Shown: positions 1 to 7,585 of the stretch, piece by piece | Numbering within the stretch: position 1 is the stretch's first letter | Layout: every line of letters begins with the position of its first letter | Assembly: GCA_037447435.1 (NCBI GenBank) | Contig: JBBIGR010000063.1 | Location: 1-19,972 of the forward strand | Direction of reading: 5' to 3' | DNA: 19,972 bases | Origin: Fibrobacteria bacterium | Lineage (GTDB): Bacteria > Fibrobacterota > Chitinivibrionia > Chitinivibrionales > FEN-1185 | Position numbers and translations under genes: made by a program | Notes under the pieces: generated by a model | Seen by the model: the letters and a program-made list of their open reading frames with translations, nothing else | The model's database searches: none | What the model was told of the DNA's origin: nothing

Positions 1-52
1 ATAACTCTAAACACAACATATTGGGGCTACCCACAGAAACGCGCGATGCCCC
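1..52. mobile_element. Possible IS end inserted in the MCP-like gene
   Basis: MCP-like character stops abruptly after ...NLK. The minus strand then reads GGGGCATCGCGCGTTTCTGTGGGT, next to an AT-rich flank, which is reminiscent of IS256/ISKra4-type terminal repeats. No transposase or second end is visible. Confidence 0.22.
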
Positions 53-151
53 TTTAAGATTAATGACTCCGAAAATCCCGATAAGGACGGCGATGAGCGC
101 GACAATCGCGAATCCGCCTATCAACTTGATTCCTATTTTAATGTTGTTCAT
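2..151 (-). CDS. 5' part of a methyl-accepting chemotaxis protein / membrane sensor (TM1 leading into a 4HB_MCP-type periplasmic domain); runs off the window and may be interrupted after codon ~33
   Basis: My translation from ATG at 151 (GGAG 8 nt upstream) is MNNIKIGIKLIGGFAIVALIAVLIGIFGVINLK-GASRVSVGSPNMLCLEL. The KIGxKLIGGFxIV...IG..G N-terminus is typical of MCP TM1. It is not in the ORF track (short, partial). Confidence 0.7.
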   Translation of the reverse strand, partial: MNNIKIGIKLIGGFAIVALIAVLIGIFGVINLKGASRVSVGSPNMLCLEL

Positions 152-325
152 TGCATAATCTCCATTTTTTTGACCGGTTTACAACATGCACTATTTGCTT
201 TAATTGATGAGACGTTTTTTCCGATTTTCCGCTAGTCATGTATAGTTATTCATATATCGCTCCTTAATAATCCCAAAGTTTTTGTATCGCTGCTCAATTA
301 TTACAAAGTTGTTACAAATATTATA

Positions 326-341
326 TGCAAGAGATGTGCCG
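326..341 (-). promoter_or_regulatory. Sigma-54 (RpoN) -24/-12 promoter for the MCP-like gene
   Basis: The minus strand reads CGGCAC-ATCTC-TTGCA, matching the TGGCAC-N5-TTGCW consensus with exact GG-N10-GC spacing. It is intergenic, correctly oriented and just downstream of a GAFTGA-type activator gene. Confidence 0.85.
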
Positions 342-422
342 ATATTCACAAAAGGGGTGTATCCGGTTGAATGTCAATGGAATATGCAATATACAAATGA
401 GAGTAAAGCGAATAATTAATTG

Positions 423-448
423 AAAAAAAACGGGGTGTTTTTACCCCG
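423..448 (-). promoter_or_regulatory. Palindrome 1: candidate upstream activator site and/or intrinsic terminator
   Basis: The minus strand reads CGGGGT-AAAAAC-ACCCCG followed by T8, centred about 100 bp upstream of the -24 element. Confidence 0.6.
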
Positions 449-505
449 GCGTATTTAGGGGTTGCGATTGGAAGACTTTGGCAATTAAGGAAATAAAGAA
501 TAATT

Positions 506-531
506 AAAAAAGTGAGGTACTACTACCCCAC
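506..531 (-). terminator. Palindrome 2: intrinsic terminator of the NtrC-family gene and/or second activator site
   Basis: The minus strand reads GTGGGGTA-GTAG-TACCTCAC (one G.U pair) followed by T6, about 12 nt after the stop at 543. It shares a GGGGTA-N4-yACCyC core with palindrome 1. Confidence 0.6.
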
Positions 532-542
532 CTCGGGAGGTA

Positions 543-1940
543 TCAATCGACGGAAGCGGAATGAAGATTGAGTTTTTTCAATTTTTCACGAAGGTTTTTT
601 CTGTCCATGCCCGCACATTGCGCTGCCCGCGTTATGTTGTTGTCGCAGGAGGAGAGCAAATTGGAAAAGTATTGATGTTCCAGTTCTTGTAACATCCTGT
701 TTTTAAAATGCTGATACGATTCGATGTCTGCTTCCGTGGAATGGGTATGCGCTAAGATTTGAGTAATATCATCGACGGTAACCGGCCTGTTCTTACAAAT
801 GCCTTTTAATGCCGAAACGGTCATCGACAGTTCGCGAATATTGCCGGGCCAGTCATGTTTTAAAAGCATGGTCATGACTTCCGGACAAAGCTCGCAATCC
901 TGCGGCAGGAAATGGCGCACCAGGGGTTCGATGTCTTCTTTTCTATTGCGTAAAGGTTCGAGCGAGACGCGGCCGCCTCTGAGCCTGAAAAACAAGTCGC
1001 TCCTGAAGCGCTGCTCTTTTATTTGCTGTTCAAGATTCCTGTTTGTGGCGCTGATAATTCTGACGTCGGTTTTACGCGGGGCGGTTTCGCCCACCCGGAT
1101 ATATTCACCTTTGTCTAAAACGCGTAAAAGCTTGCTTTGCAGTTCCATGGAAAGTTCGCCGATTTCATCGAGGAACAATGTCCCTTGGTCCGCCACTTCG
1201 AAAAAACCGTGTTTGGTACGGCCGGCCCCGGTAAATGCGCCTTGCGCATGGCCGAATAGTTCCGATTCGATGAGCGACGAGGAAAGGGCGGCGCAATTGA
1301 CGGCGACAAACGGGCCGTTTGCCCGGGGCCCGAGCTTGTGAATATTCTGCGCGACAACGTCTTTGCCCGTGCCGGATTCGCCGGTGATGAGAACCGGAAC
1401 CCCAAGCGGCGCCAAATCCAAAATACGCATCTTGACAACCCTGAGATGTTCCGAATTGCCGACCAGATCGACGATCGATTCGACCGAACCGGCGTTCGTA
1501 TTTCCGTATGCGCTTCTGATGAATTCGTTTTTACGGATGGCGGCAAAAACCGCGCAACGGATCGCATCCGCCGAAAATGGCTTTACAAGAAAGGAACAGG
1601 CCCCGCTGTCGGCCGCGAGAACGGCCTTGTCTTTGTCGGGATGGCCAGTAATCATGATGAATTGGGCCGTGGGCGAAATTTTCAAAACTTCCTTGCGAAG
1701 CGCAAATCCGTCTATGACGGGCATGACGATGTCCGACACCACCACTGCGTACGGTTTTTTCAATAGTTCGAACGGGGAATTTGTCGGGTCAAATTCGGTC
1801 ACGTTAAAACCGGCTTCGGTAAGCGCTTCGGAAACAAACAACCGCATAAAATCGTCGTCATCCGCAACCAAAACCCGGTTTTCGGAATCGGAAACCGTTA
1901 TCGGTTTTTTTTGTATTTCGGATTTTGTCCGTATTGACAT
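543..1940 (-). CDS. Sigma-54-dependent response regulator (NtrC/Fis family; REC-AAA+-HTH)
   Basis: REC domain (VLVADDD...VVSDIVMP...KPF), Walker A GESGTGKD, ESELFGH, GAFTGA loop, Walker B LFLDEIGE, WPGNIREL and a C-terminal HTH (NITRAAQCAGMDRKNLREKLKK). The start overlaps the kinase stop (TAATG). Confidence 0.96.
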   Translation of the reverse strand: MSIRTKSEIQKKPITVSDSENRVLVADDDDFMRLFVSEALTEAGFNVTEFDPTNSPFELLKKPYAVVVSDIVMPVIDGFALRKEVLKISPTAQFIMITGHPDKDKAVLAADSGACSFLVKPFSADAIRCAVFAAIRKNEFIRSAYGNTNAGSVESIVDLVGNSEHLRVVKMRILDLAPLGVPVLITGESGTGKDVVAQNIHKLGPRANGPFVAVNCAALSSSLIESELFGHAQGAFTGAGRTKHGFFEVADQGTLFLDEIGELSMELQSKLLRVLDKGEYIRVGETAPRKTDVRIISATNRNLEQQIKEQRFRSDLFFRLRGGRVSLEPLRNRKEDIEPLVRHFLPQDCELCPEVMTMLLKHDWPGNIRELSMTVSALKGICKNRPVTVDDITQILAHTHSTEADIESYQHFKNRMLQELEHQYFSNLLSSCDNNITRAAQCAGMDRKNLREKLKKLNLHSASVD

Positions 1941-3115
1941 TATTTATTCCTTTTCCGGGAACTTTTGCGGGCGGCTTTTTTTGCGGGAAACCGGTTCGAT
2001 GCCAACACTTTGTGAAGCAAATTCGCAAGGTCGGGCTTCGAAAAAGGTTTTTGGATGCTCGATTTAAAACCGTAGCTGGCCGGCTTGGCCATTACAGGAT
2101 CTTCACTGTACCCGCTCGATGCGATGGCGCAAAAAGAAGGATCGATTTTTAAAATATGCTCAAGAGTTTCTTTTCCGCCGAGTCCGCCCGGAATCGTAAG
2201 GTCGAACAGCGCGCCAATAAACGGCTGTTTTACGGTTCTTGATTTTTTAAAGGCACTGATCGCTTCCTCCCCATGACTGACAAGGACCGGGGTATACCCA
2301 AGGGTGGTAAGCATATGGGACAGTATTTCACGGATGTATTCCTCATCATCAAGGACAAGGACCTTGCCGCAGCCCATAGGAATCCCGGTTTGGTCCGGGA
2401 TATCAACGGCAACGTGTTCCACGGCCGCAGGTAAATAAATTCTAAAATCGGAACCGACACCGGGTTTCGAGGAGACGGTAAGCAAACCGCAGTGGTTTTT
2501 AATTATCGAAAACGCAGAGGCAAGTCCGAGTCCGCTTCCTTGCTTTTTAGTCGTAAAAAACGGTTCGAAAATTTTATCGATATTTTCCGGCGGAATTCCG
2601 GGGCCGGTGTCCGCAATCGATATAAGAACATAATTGCCGGCTCCAAGCGGCATCGGCACGGGACCGGTGAAATTCCGGGCAATCAAACGTATCGACCCGC
2701 CGTCGGGCATGGCCTGACGGGCATTTATGATGATATTGTCTATTGCCTGGCCTAGTTGCATGGAATCCACTTCACAGGGATTTAAATCGGCCGCGATTTC
2801 AAGAGTCAATTTTCCATTCCATCCGCTTATTGCAAAGTGCGCAGTGTCCGACAGTATGGAGGCAAGTTGCTTTTTCTTTCTCACCAAAGTCCCTTTTTTG
2901 GCAAAGGTCAGCAATTGCAAGGTAAGGGATTTTGCGCGGTGAAACGCGGTGACCGCCTTTTCGAGAGCATTTTCGGCTTTGACAATTTGCTTTTGGCCGA
3001 TATATTCCCGGGCAATGTCTATATAGCCGAACATGCCGCCCAAAAGATTGTTGAAATCGTGGGCTATGCCGCCGGCAAGCACGCTTAAGGATTCCATTTT
3101 CTCAAGCAAATGCAT
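1940..3115 (-). CDS. Hybrid sensor histidine kinase, C-terminal part (HisKA-HATPase-REC); probably the 3' half of a frameshifted gene
   Basis: H-box GGIAHDFNNLL, N-box NIIINARQAM, DTGPGI, FEPFFTTK, GSGLGL and a C-terminal REC domain (VLVLDDE...FDLTIPGG...KPF). It begins directly at the H-box with no sensor region. Confidence 0.88.
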   Translation of the reverse strand: MHLLEKMESLSVLAGGIAHDFNNLLGGMFGYIDIAREYIGQKQIVKAENALEKAVTAFHRAKSLTLQLLTFAKKGTLVRKKKQLASILSDTAHFAISGWNGKLTLEIAADLNPCEVDSMQLGQAIDNIIINARQAMPDGGSIRLIARNFTGPVPMPLGAGNYVLISIADTGPGIPPENIDKIFEPFFTTKKQGSGLGLASAFSIIKNHCGLLTVSSKPGVGSDFRIYLPAAVEHVAVDIPDQTGIPMGCGKVLVLDDEEYIREILSHMLTTLGYTPVLVSHGEEAISAFKKSRTVKQPFIGALFDLTIPGGLGGKETLEHILKIDPSFCAIASSGYSEDPVMAKPASYGFKSSIQKPFSKPDLANLLHKVLASNRFPAKKAARKSSRKRNK

Positions 3116-4193
3116 GCTTTCTTCGCTGCGTTTTTGCCAATGCGCGTTGGAACGTATCGCGGTCCTGCTTCGAAAAATGCGAAAAAAAGATATCCGCGGT
3201 CGATGCGAATTTGTCGGCTTTTATTCCGAGAATGCGGCAACTGTTCATACCGAGAATGAATTTGTTATTACCCGGTTCAAAAATCCAGGTCCCTGCGTTT
3301 GCGGCAACCAAAGCGCAATCGATTTGGGCCAGCCGCATCCGTAATTGCTGTTCCGCCTGGGAACATTCCGCAAGGTCCCTGACAAAACCTTCGGTGCCGA
3401 GAACCTTTCCGTTTTCGTCGAAGTAAAATTGGGCGTTTAAAGAGACCCAGAACGAAGAACCGTCTTTTTTTAATCCTTCGCCGGTCCGGTTATAAACGTG
3501 ACCGCTGGCTTTGATTTGCGCGACGATATCTTCACGGTCAACGATATTTTTATAAAGGAGCCCGACGTCCAGCCCGAGCATTTCCTCGGCCGAATCGTAT
3601 CCGTAAAGCAACGGGGCCGAAGGACTCATGAAAACGATTTTCCCCTTGATGTCGGTGCGGAAATAGGCGTCCTGGAGATTGTCCATTATTGCCTGAAACT
3701 GCCGATCCTTATCCCGCAAGGCAATTTCAGTCAGTTTCCGTTCCTCGATTTCACTACGCAATTGCTCGTTGCTGAGCAGCAAATCCACGGTCTGGCATTC
3801 CAAATCGTTTTGAAGTCGCTTGAGTTGCAATTGGGTGTTAACGCGGGCGATAAGCTCTTTGCTGTCAAACGGTTTGAATATGTAGTCCGCAACACCGAGA
3901 GACAACCCCTTGACCCTTGTTTCGGTTTCTGCCGCAGTGGTCAGAAAGATAACCGGTATGCTTTTCGTCCTAAAATGTTCTTTGAGCTTTTTACATACGT
4001 CAAACCCGTCGGTCCCCGGTATGTCCATGTCGAGAATAATGAGGTCCGGAGGATTTGATTGTATCGAAGACAATGCGGCACTTCCGGATTGTAAAGAACG
4101 CACGTCGAATCCTTCGGCAGAAAGACTGCTTGAAAGTTTTTCCAGAAAGTCGAGGGAATCGTCGACAATCACGATGGATTTATAATCGCTCAT
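3102..4193 (-). CDS. Hybrid kinase, N-terminal part (REC, coiled coil, PAS/PAC, truncated second PAS)
   Basis: REC domain (IVIVDDS...IILDMDIPGTDG...KPF), a complete PAS/PAC (KKDGSSFWVSLNA...EGFVRD), then the first half of another PAS (ANAGTWIFE...CRILGI) ending abruptly. The start was moved to ATG 4193 (MSDYK), which has AAGGA upstream. Confidence 0.85.
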   Translation of the reverse strand: MSDYKSIVIVDDSLDFLEKLSSSLSAEGFDVRSLQSGSAALSSIQSNPPDLIILDMDIPGTDGFDVCKKLKEHFRTKSIPVIFLTTAAETETRVKGLSLGVADYIFKPFDSKELIARVNTQLQLKRLQNDLECQTVDLLLSNEQLRSEIEERKLTEIALRDKDRQFQAIMDNLQDAYFRTDIKGKIVFMSPSAPLLYGYDSAEEMLGLDVGLLYKNIVDREDIVAQIKASGHVYNRTGEGLKKDGSSFWVSLNAQFYFDENGKVLGTEGFVRDLAECSQAEQQLRMRLAQIDCALVAANAGTWIFEPGNNKFILGMNSCRILGIKADKFASTADIFFSHFSKQDRDTFQRALAKTQRRKHAFA

Positions 4194-4444
4194 TCCATTT
4201 CCTTTGGATATCCGGTTATTCCGAAACCGCCTTATCCTAAATCTAGGACGCGCAACCATAATGATACGAATAAAGCCATTGAATTTTCAAGCTTTAGTGT
4301 CTGTATGCAAAATATCGCCTCGGCGTGTCGATACGTCCACAGCTGAATACATCCGGTTTAGGCATGTGCTAAGGGTAGGGGATGAGGCTTTTCGCAGACA
4401 CTTTTTCGGCCGTACAATTATGCGGCTTAAGTGAGGGGTAAAAG

Positions 4445-4529
4445 TGGCGGAGGACGAGAGACTCGAACTCCCAAGCCCTTACGGGCAACGGTTTTCAAGA
4501 CCGTCGGATTACCATTATCCTAGTCCTCC
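4445..4529 (-). tRNA. tRNA-Ser (anticodon TGA), CCA encoded
   Basis: The minus strand folds as GGAGGAC-TA-GGAT/AATGGTA/ATCC-G-ACGGT/CTTGAAA/ACCGT-long variable arm (GCCC-GTAA-GGGC)-GGGAG/TTCGAGT/CTCTC-GTCCTCC-G-CCA. The G73 discriminator and long variable arm fit Ser. Confidence 0.96.
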
Positions 4530-4540
4530 GCAGGCCCACA

Positions 4541-4569
4541 AAAATAAGTTGAAACAAAAAAATAAGCAA
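4541..4569 (-). promoter_or_regulatory. Putative sigma-70 promoter of tRNA-Ser
   Basis: TTGCTT-N17-TATTTT, ending about 12 nt upstream of the mature tRNA 5' end. Confidence 0.5.
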
Positions 4570-4622
4570 CTATATAGAAGTTATACAATCCAAAACCTCG
4601 GTATAACAATCACAGCTACGGC

Positions 4623-4646
4623 AATCCATCGGCAAAGCGATGGATT
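4623..4646. other. Stem-loop directly after the comF stop codon
   Basis: Perfect 9-bp inverted repeat AATCCATCG-GCAAAG-CGATGGATT. There is no U-tract on the minus strand, so it is not a clear intrinsic terminator. Confidence 0.5.
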
Positions 4647-4651
4647 TGCAA

Positions 4652-5398
4652 TTAATCTCTCGCTAAAGATAGAATTCTGATTCGATTGGCCCCGGCCTGC
4701 CGTAAAACCAGGGAACAATGCTTTGTCGTCGCACCGGTCGTGATCACGTCATCAACGATAAGAATATTTTTATTTTTCACAAGGATTTGTTTGGATGTCG
4801 GGATAAAAAAGGCATTCGTCATATTCCGCAACCTTTTTTTTCTCGATAATGCGGTTTGCGACTTGGTGTTTTTCCTGCGCTTAAGGATGTCCGAACGTAT
4901 CGGAATCAAAGGTTTTTTTTCCACAATAAAGCCTTTGGCCAAATGCTCCGCTTGATTGTAGCCGCGTTTGATCGTCTTCAAAAAATGGAGAGGAACCGGG
5001 ATTATCAAATCGGTTTCATCGAAAAAAGTTTGCGGCAATTGGGACGAGAAACTTCTTCCCATAGTAAAGGCCAGGCTTTTAAACCCGCTGTATTTAAATT
5101 CATGAATGATTGTTGAAAGAAGCGAGTCGAAGTCGAACAGCGAAAACATCGATTCGTACGGTTCGTTCATTCCGATTTTGCCGCAGGTACATGCTTTGAT
5201 TTTTTTGTTAAGGGAACAAAAGGGACAGGCGTTTACGGATCGATAGGAAAGATTATCGCGTAAAGCCGAAATGCAGTCCTTGCAAAGCCAGGTTTTAATG
5301 TCGGGACCGGATGCGGGTTTTTTACAAGCAATACATATTTGCGGAAAAAGAAAGCCCCCTGCTCTTTGAATCAAGAACGATAAGGGGCTTTTTTTCAT
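4652..5398 (-). CDS. comF: ComF family protein (zinc ribbons plus phosphoribosyltransferase domain)
   Basis: FP-x2-CxxC...CxxC...CxxC, FKYSG, IPVPLH, RGYNQA, SQT, ILIVDDVITTGAT and a C-terminal LAR. Confidence 0.92.
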   Translation of the reverse strand: MKKSPLSFLIQRAGGFLFPQICIACKKPASGPDIKTWLCKDCISALRDNLSYRSVNACPFCSLNKKIKACTCGKIGMNEPYESMFSLFDFDSLLSTIIHEFKYSGFKSLAFTMGRSFSSQLPQTFFDETDLIIPVPLHFLKTIKRGYNQAEHLAKGFIVEKKPLIPIRSDILKRRKNTKSQTALSRKKRLRNMTNAFFIPTSKQILVKNKNILIVDDVITTGATTKHCSLVLRQAGANRIRILSLARD

Positions 5399-5413
5399 GG
5401 TTTTTCTTTTTTG

Positions 5414-6241
5414 TTACACCAGCGCGGAAGGTTCCGAACTTGTCTTTTCCTCTTCTTTGGACATAAAATGTTTTAAAATAAGACCGGTGAATATGATAAA
5501 GAAAATAATGCAGACAATTTGATTATGCGATAACGGCCCGAGCTTTTCCTGCGCCGAATAATAGCGGGTAAAGTCTATGCAGAAACGCAAAATCGCATAA
5601 AAAAGTCCGGTAAGATAAAATTGGAAACCCGGAAATGTTTTTTTCATGCCCACGATAAGCACGATGATCAACATGACAAGGCCTCCGGCAGACTCGATAA
5701 GCTGGGAAGGAATTAATCCGTGCGCATGCATTTGCAATTGATAATATCCTGCCGGGCTATCGGGCGGAAACGATACGCCGCACGCGGACGTCGTCGGGGC
5801 TCCCATACAGCAACCGTTCAAAAAACAGCCTATCCTGGTCAGGAAAATGCCCAGCCCGACACTCGGGGCAGCCATATCGGCATACGGCAGGAAGGGCAGC
5901 TTTTTTGCCTTGAAATAAATGACCGCAGCGACAATCGCGCCGATAAAACCGCCGTACATAACCAGACCGCCGATTCCCAGATTGCCGGCGTGAAACGGGT
6001 TGAAAATTCCGGTCAAATCGTTTTTAAATTCTTCGAAGTGAAGAATAACATAGTATAAACGGGCGCCGATGATTGCCGATAGAATGACCCAAAATCCGAG
6101 ATCGGAAATTACATTCGGATCAAGGCTGTTGCGTTTCGCACGGGCGGATCCAAGCCAAATTCCGAATAAAAATGAGGCGGCAAGCATGAATCCGTAGGAA
6201 TGAATCGGAAATTTGAAAATGTGAAACAGAATTGGGTGCAT
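5414..6241 (-). CDS. lgt: Prolipoprotein diacylglyceryl transferase
   Basis: MHPILF...IHSYG, IIGARLYYV, GGLVMYGGFIG, RIGCFLNGCCxG, PSQLxE, Y..LRF.IDF.R. The start was set at ATG 6241, which has AAGGA upstream. Confidence 0.93.
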   Translation of the reverse strand: MHPILFHIFKFPIHSYGFMLAASFLFGIWLGSARAKRNSLDPNVISDLGFWVILSAIIGARLYYVILHFEEFKNDLTGIFNPFHAGNLGIGGLVMYGGFIGAIVAAVIYFKAKKLPFLPYADMAAPSVGLGIFLTRIGCFLNGCCMGAPTTSACGVSFPPDSPAGYYQLQMHAHGLIPSQLIESAGGLVMLIIVLIVGMKKTFPGFQFYLTGLFYAILRFCIDFTRYYSAQEKLGPLSHNQIVCIIFFIIFTGLILKHFMSKEEEKTSSEPSALV

Positions 6242-6292
6242 ACTAATCCTTTCGTGGTATAGCAAAAATAATATCAGTATATCGGGCGGGGA

Positions 6293-7585
6293 TTAAAAAT
6301 CCTGTTTACTGTGCCGCGCATTAAGGAGAAACCCGAGTAAAATGGCAATTGTAATTGTAAAGGAACCGCCGTAACTGAGAAAGGGAAGCGGTACGCCGAC
6401 AACCGGCATCATACCCAGCGTCATTGATGCGTTTGCAAATATATGAAACGCAAGCAGCGAAACCGAACCGACGATTACAAGGTTTGTAAATCGGTTTTTC
6501 ACGTATTGGGTGGTGGTATATCCTCGGATGACCAGCAATAAAAATAAAATCAATATCGCGATGCACCCGAAAAGGCCGAATTGCTCGCCAAGGACCGAAA
6601 AAATAAAATCGGTATGTTGCTCAGGTAGAAAAGACAATCGGGTTTGCGTCCCTTTAAGGTATCCTTTGCCCATGATGGCGCCGGAACCGATTGCCACTTT
6701 GGATTGTATCACCTGATACCCCGCACCGGTAGGGTCCATTTGAGGGTTGATGAAACTAAGTATCCTTTTTTTCTGATAATCCTGCAAAACGCCGTTCCAC
6801 GCAAAGGTGGTGATACCTGCGGTAAACAGATTGATCACGACGATCCCTATCAACAAAGGCAATCGGGGCCTCGAAAGATATAAAACCGCACACAGAATGA
6901 CGAAGAAAATGCCCCAGGGAATCGCTTCCCAAATCCCGCTGCTTGTTTTAAAAGTAAATGTCAAAATTAACGGTATTGCCGAAAGCGCGAGCGAAAGCCC
7001 CGGCGATAAAAGGAGGAACAGTTCAACAATGGAAAGGCCGGCCCAATACAGCATCGGGACCGACATAAGGCACAGTATCAATGCCGTCCCTAAATCCGGT
7101 TGTTTGATGATAAGGCCGAACGGAAACATGATCAAAAACCCCGGGATGATAAAGGAACTCAATTTTTCGAGGGAAATTGTTTTTGTGGAAAAATACCGGG
7201 ACAATGCGAGCAATAAACCTATTTTGGCGAATTCCGACGGCTGAATCCTGAGCCCTGCAATCGAGACCCACCGTTCGGCACCTTTACTGATGACGCCGGT
7301 AAAAAGCCCGTACAAAAGAAGCATGAGCGATGCGCCGTAAAAAACATACGCGAATGAATAATAGAACCTGGTCGGAATGGAAGTAATTGTCATAATGACA
7401 ATTGCGCCAAGAGAAATCCAGATGATTTGATTCCGTGTCGAATGGATAAGCGGGCCCGAGTCGTAAATGTGCGTGGCCGAAAACACGAGGAAAACGCCTA
7501 TTGTCCACAATGTAATGGCAAGCAACACAAGAATAACGTCAAAATCGCTTTTTTTCTGAATTTCAGACATAAGTTGTTCTGTCAA
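6293..7585 (-). CDS. rodA: Rod shape-determining protein RodA (SEDS peptidoglycan glycosyltransferase)
   Basis: GAERW, IQPSEFAK, QPDLGT, GYQVIQSKVAIGSG, FLPEQHTDFIF, PLPFLSYGGS. It directly follows mrdA. The start is either TTG 7585 or ATG 7570. Confidence 0.95.
   Translation of the reverse strand: MTEQLMSEIQKKSDFDVILVLLAITLWTIGVFLVFSATHIYDSGPLIHSTRNQIIWISLGAIVIMTITSIPTRFYYSFAYVFYGASLMLLLYGLFTGVISKGAERWVSIAGLRIQPSEFAKIGLLLALSRYFSTKTISLEKLSSFIIPGFLIMFPFGLIIKQPDLGTALILCLMSVPMLYWAGLSIVELFLLLSPGLSLALSAIPLILTFTFKTSSGIWEAIPWGIFFVILCAVLYLSRPRLPLLIGIVVINLFTAGITTFAWNGVLQDYQKKRILSFINPQMDPTGAGYQVIQSKVAIGSGAIMGKGYLKGTQTRLSFLPEQHTDFIFSVLGEQFGLFGCIAILILFLLLVIRGYTTTQYVKNRFTNLVIVGSVSLLAFHIFANASMTLGMMPVVGVPLPFLSYGGSFTITIAILLGFLLNARHSKQDF

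Noticed and set aside
4305..4320. Second sigma-54-like motif upstream of the kinase (AGGCGATATTTTGCAT)
   Set aside because: The spacing is GG-N9-GC rather than the required N10.
4445..4529. Possible tRNA-Sec or suppressor tRNA
   Set aside because: The loop CTTGAAA gives anticodon TGA (reads UCA, Ser), not TCA, and the acceptor stem is a normal 7 bp.
4444..4680. 78-aa plus-strand ORF MAEDERLELPSP...
   Set aside because: It is the antisense translation of tRNA-Ser.
6800..7050. Extra transmembrane segment in RodA
   Set aside because: Longer RodA proteins with such an insertion are, to my knowledge, common in FCB-group and cyanobacterial homologs.
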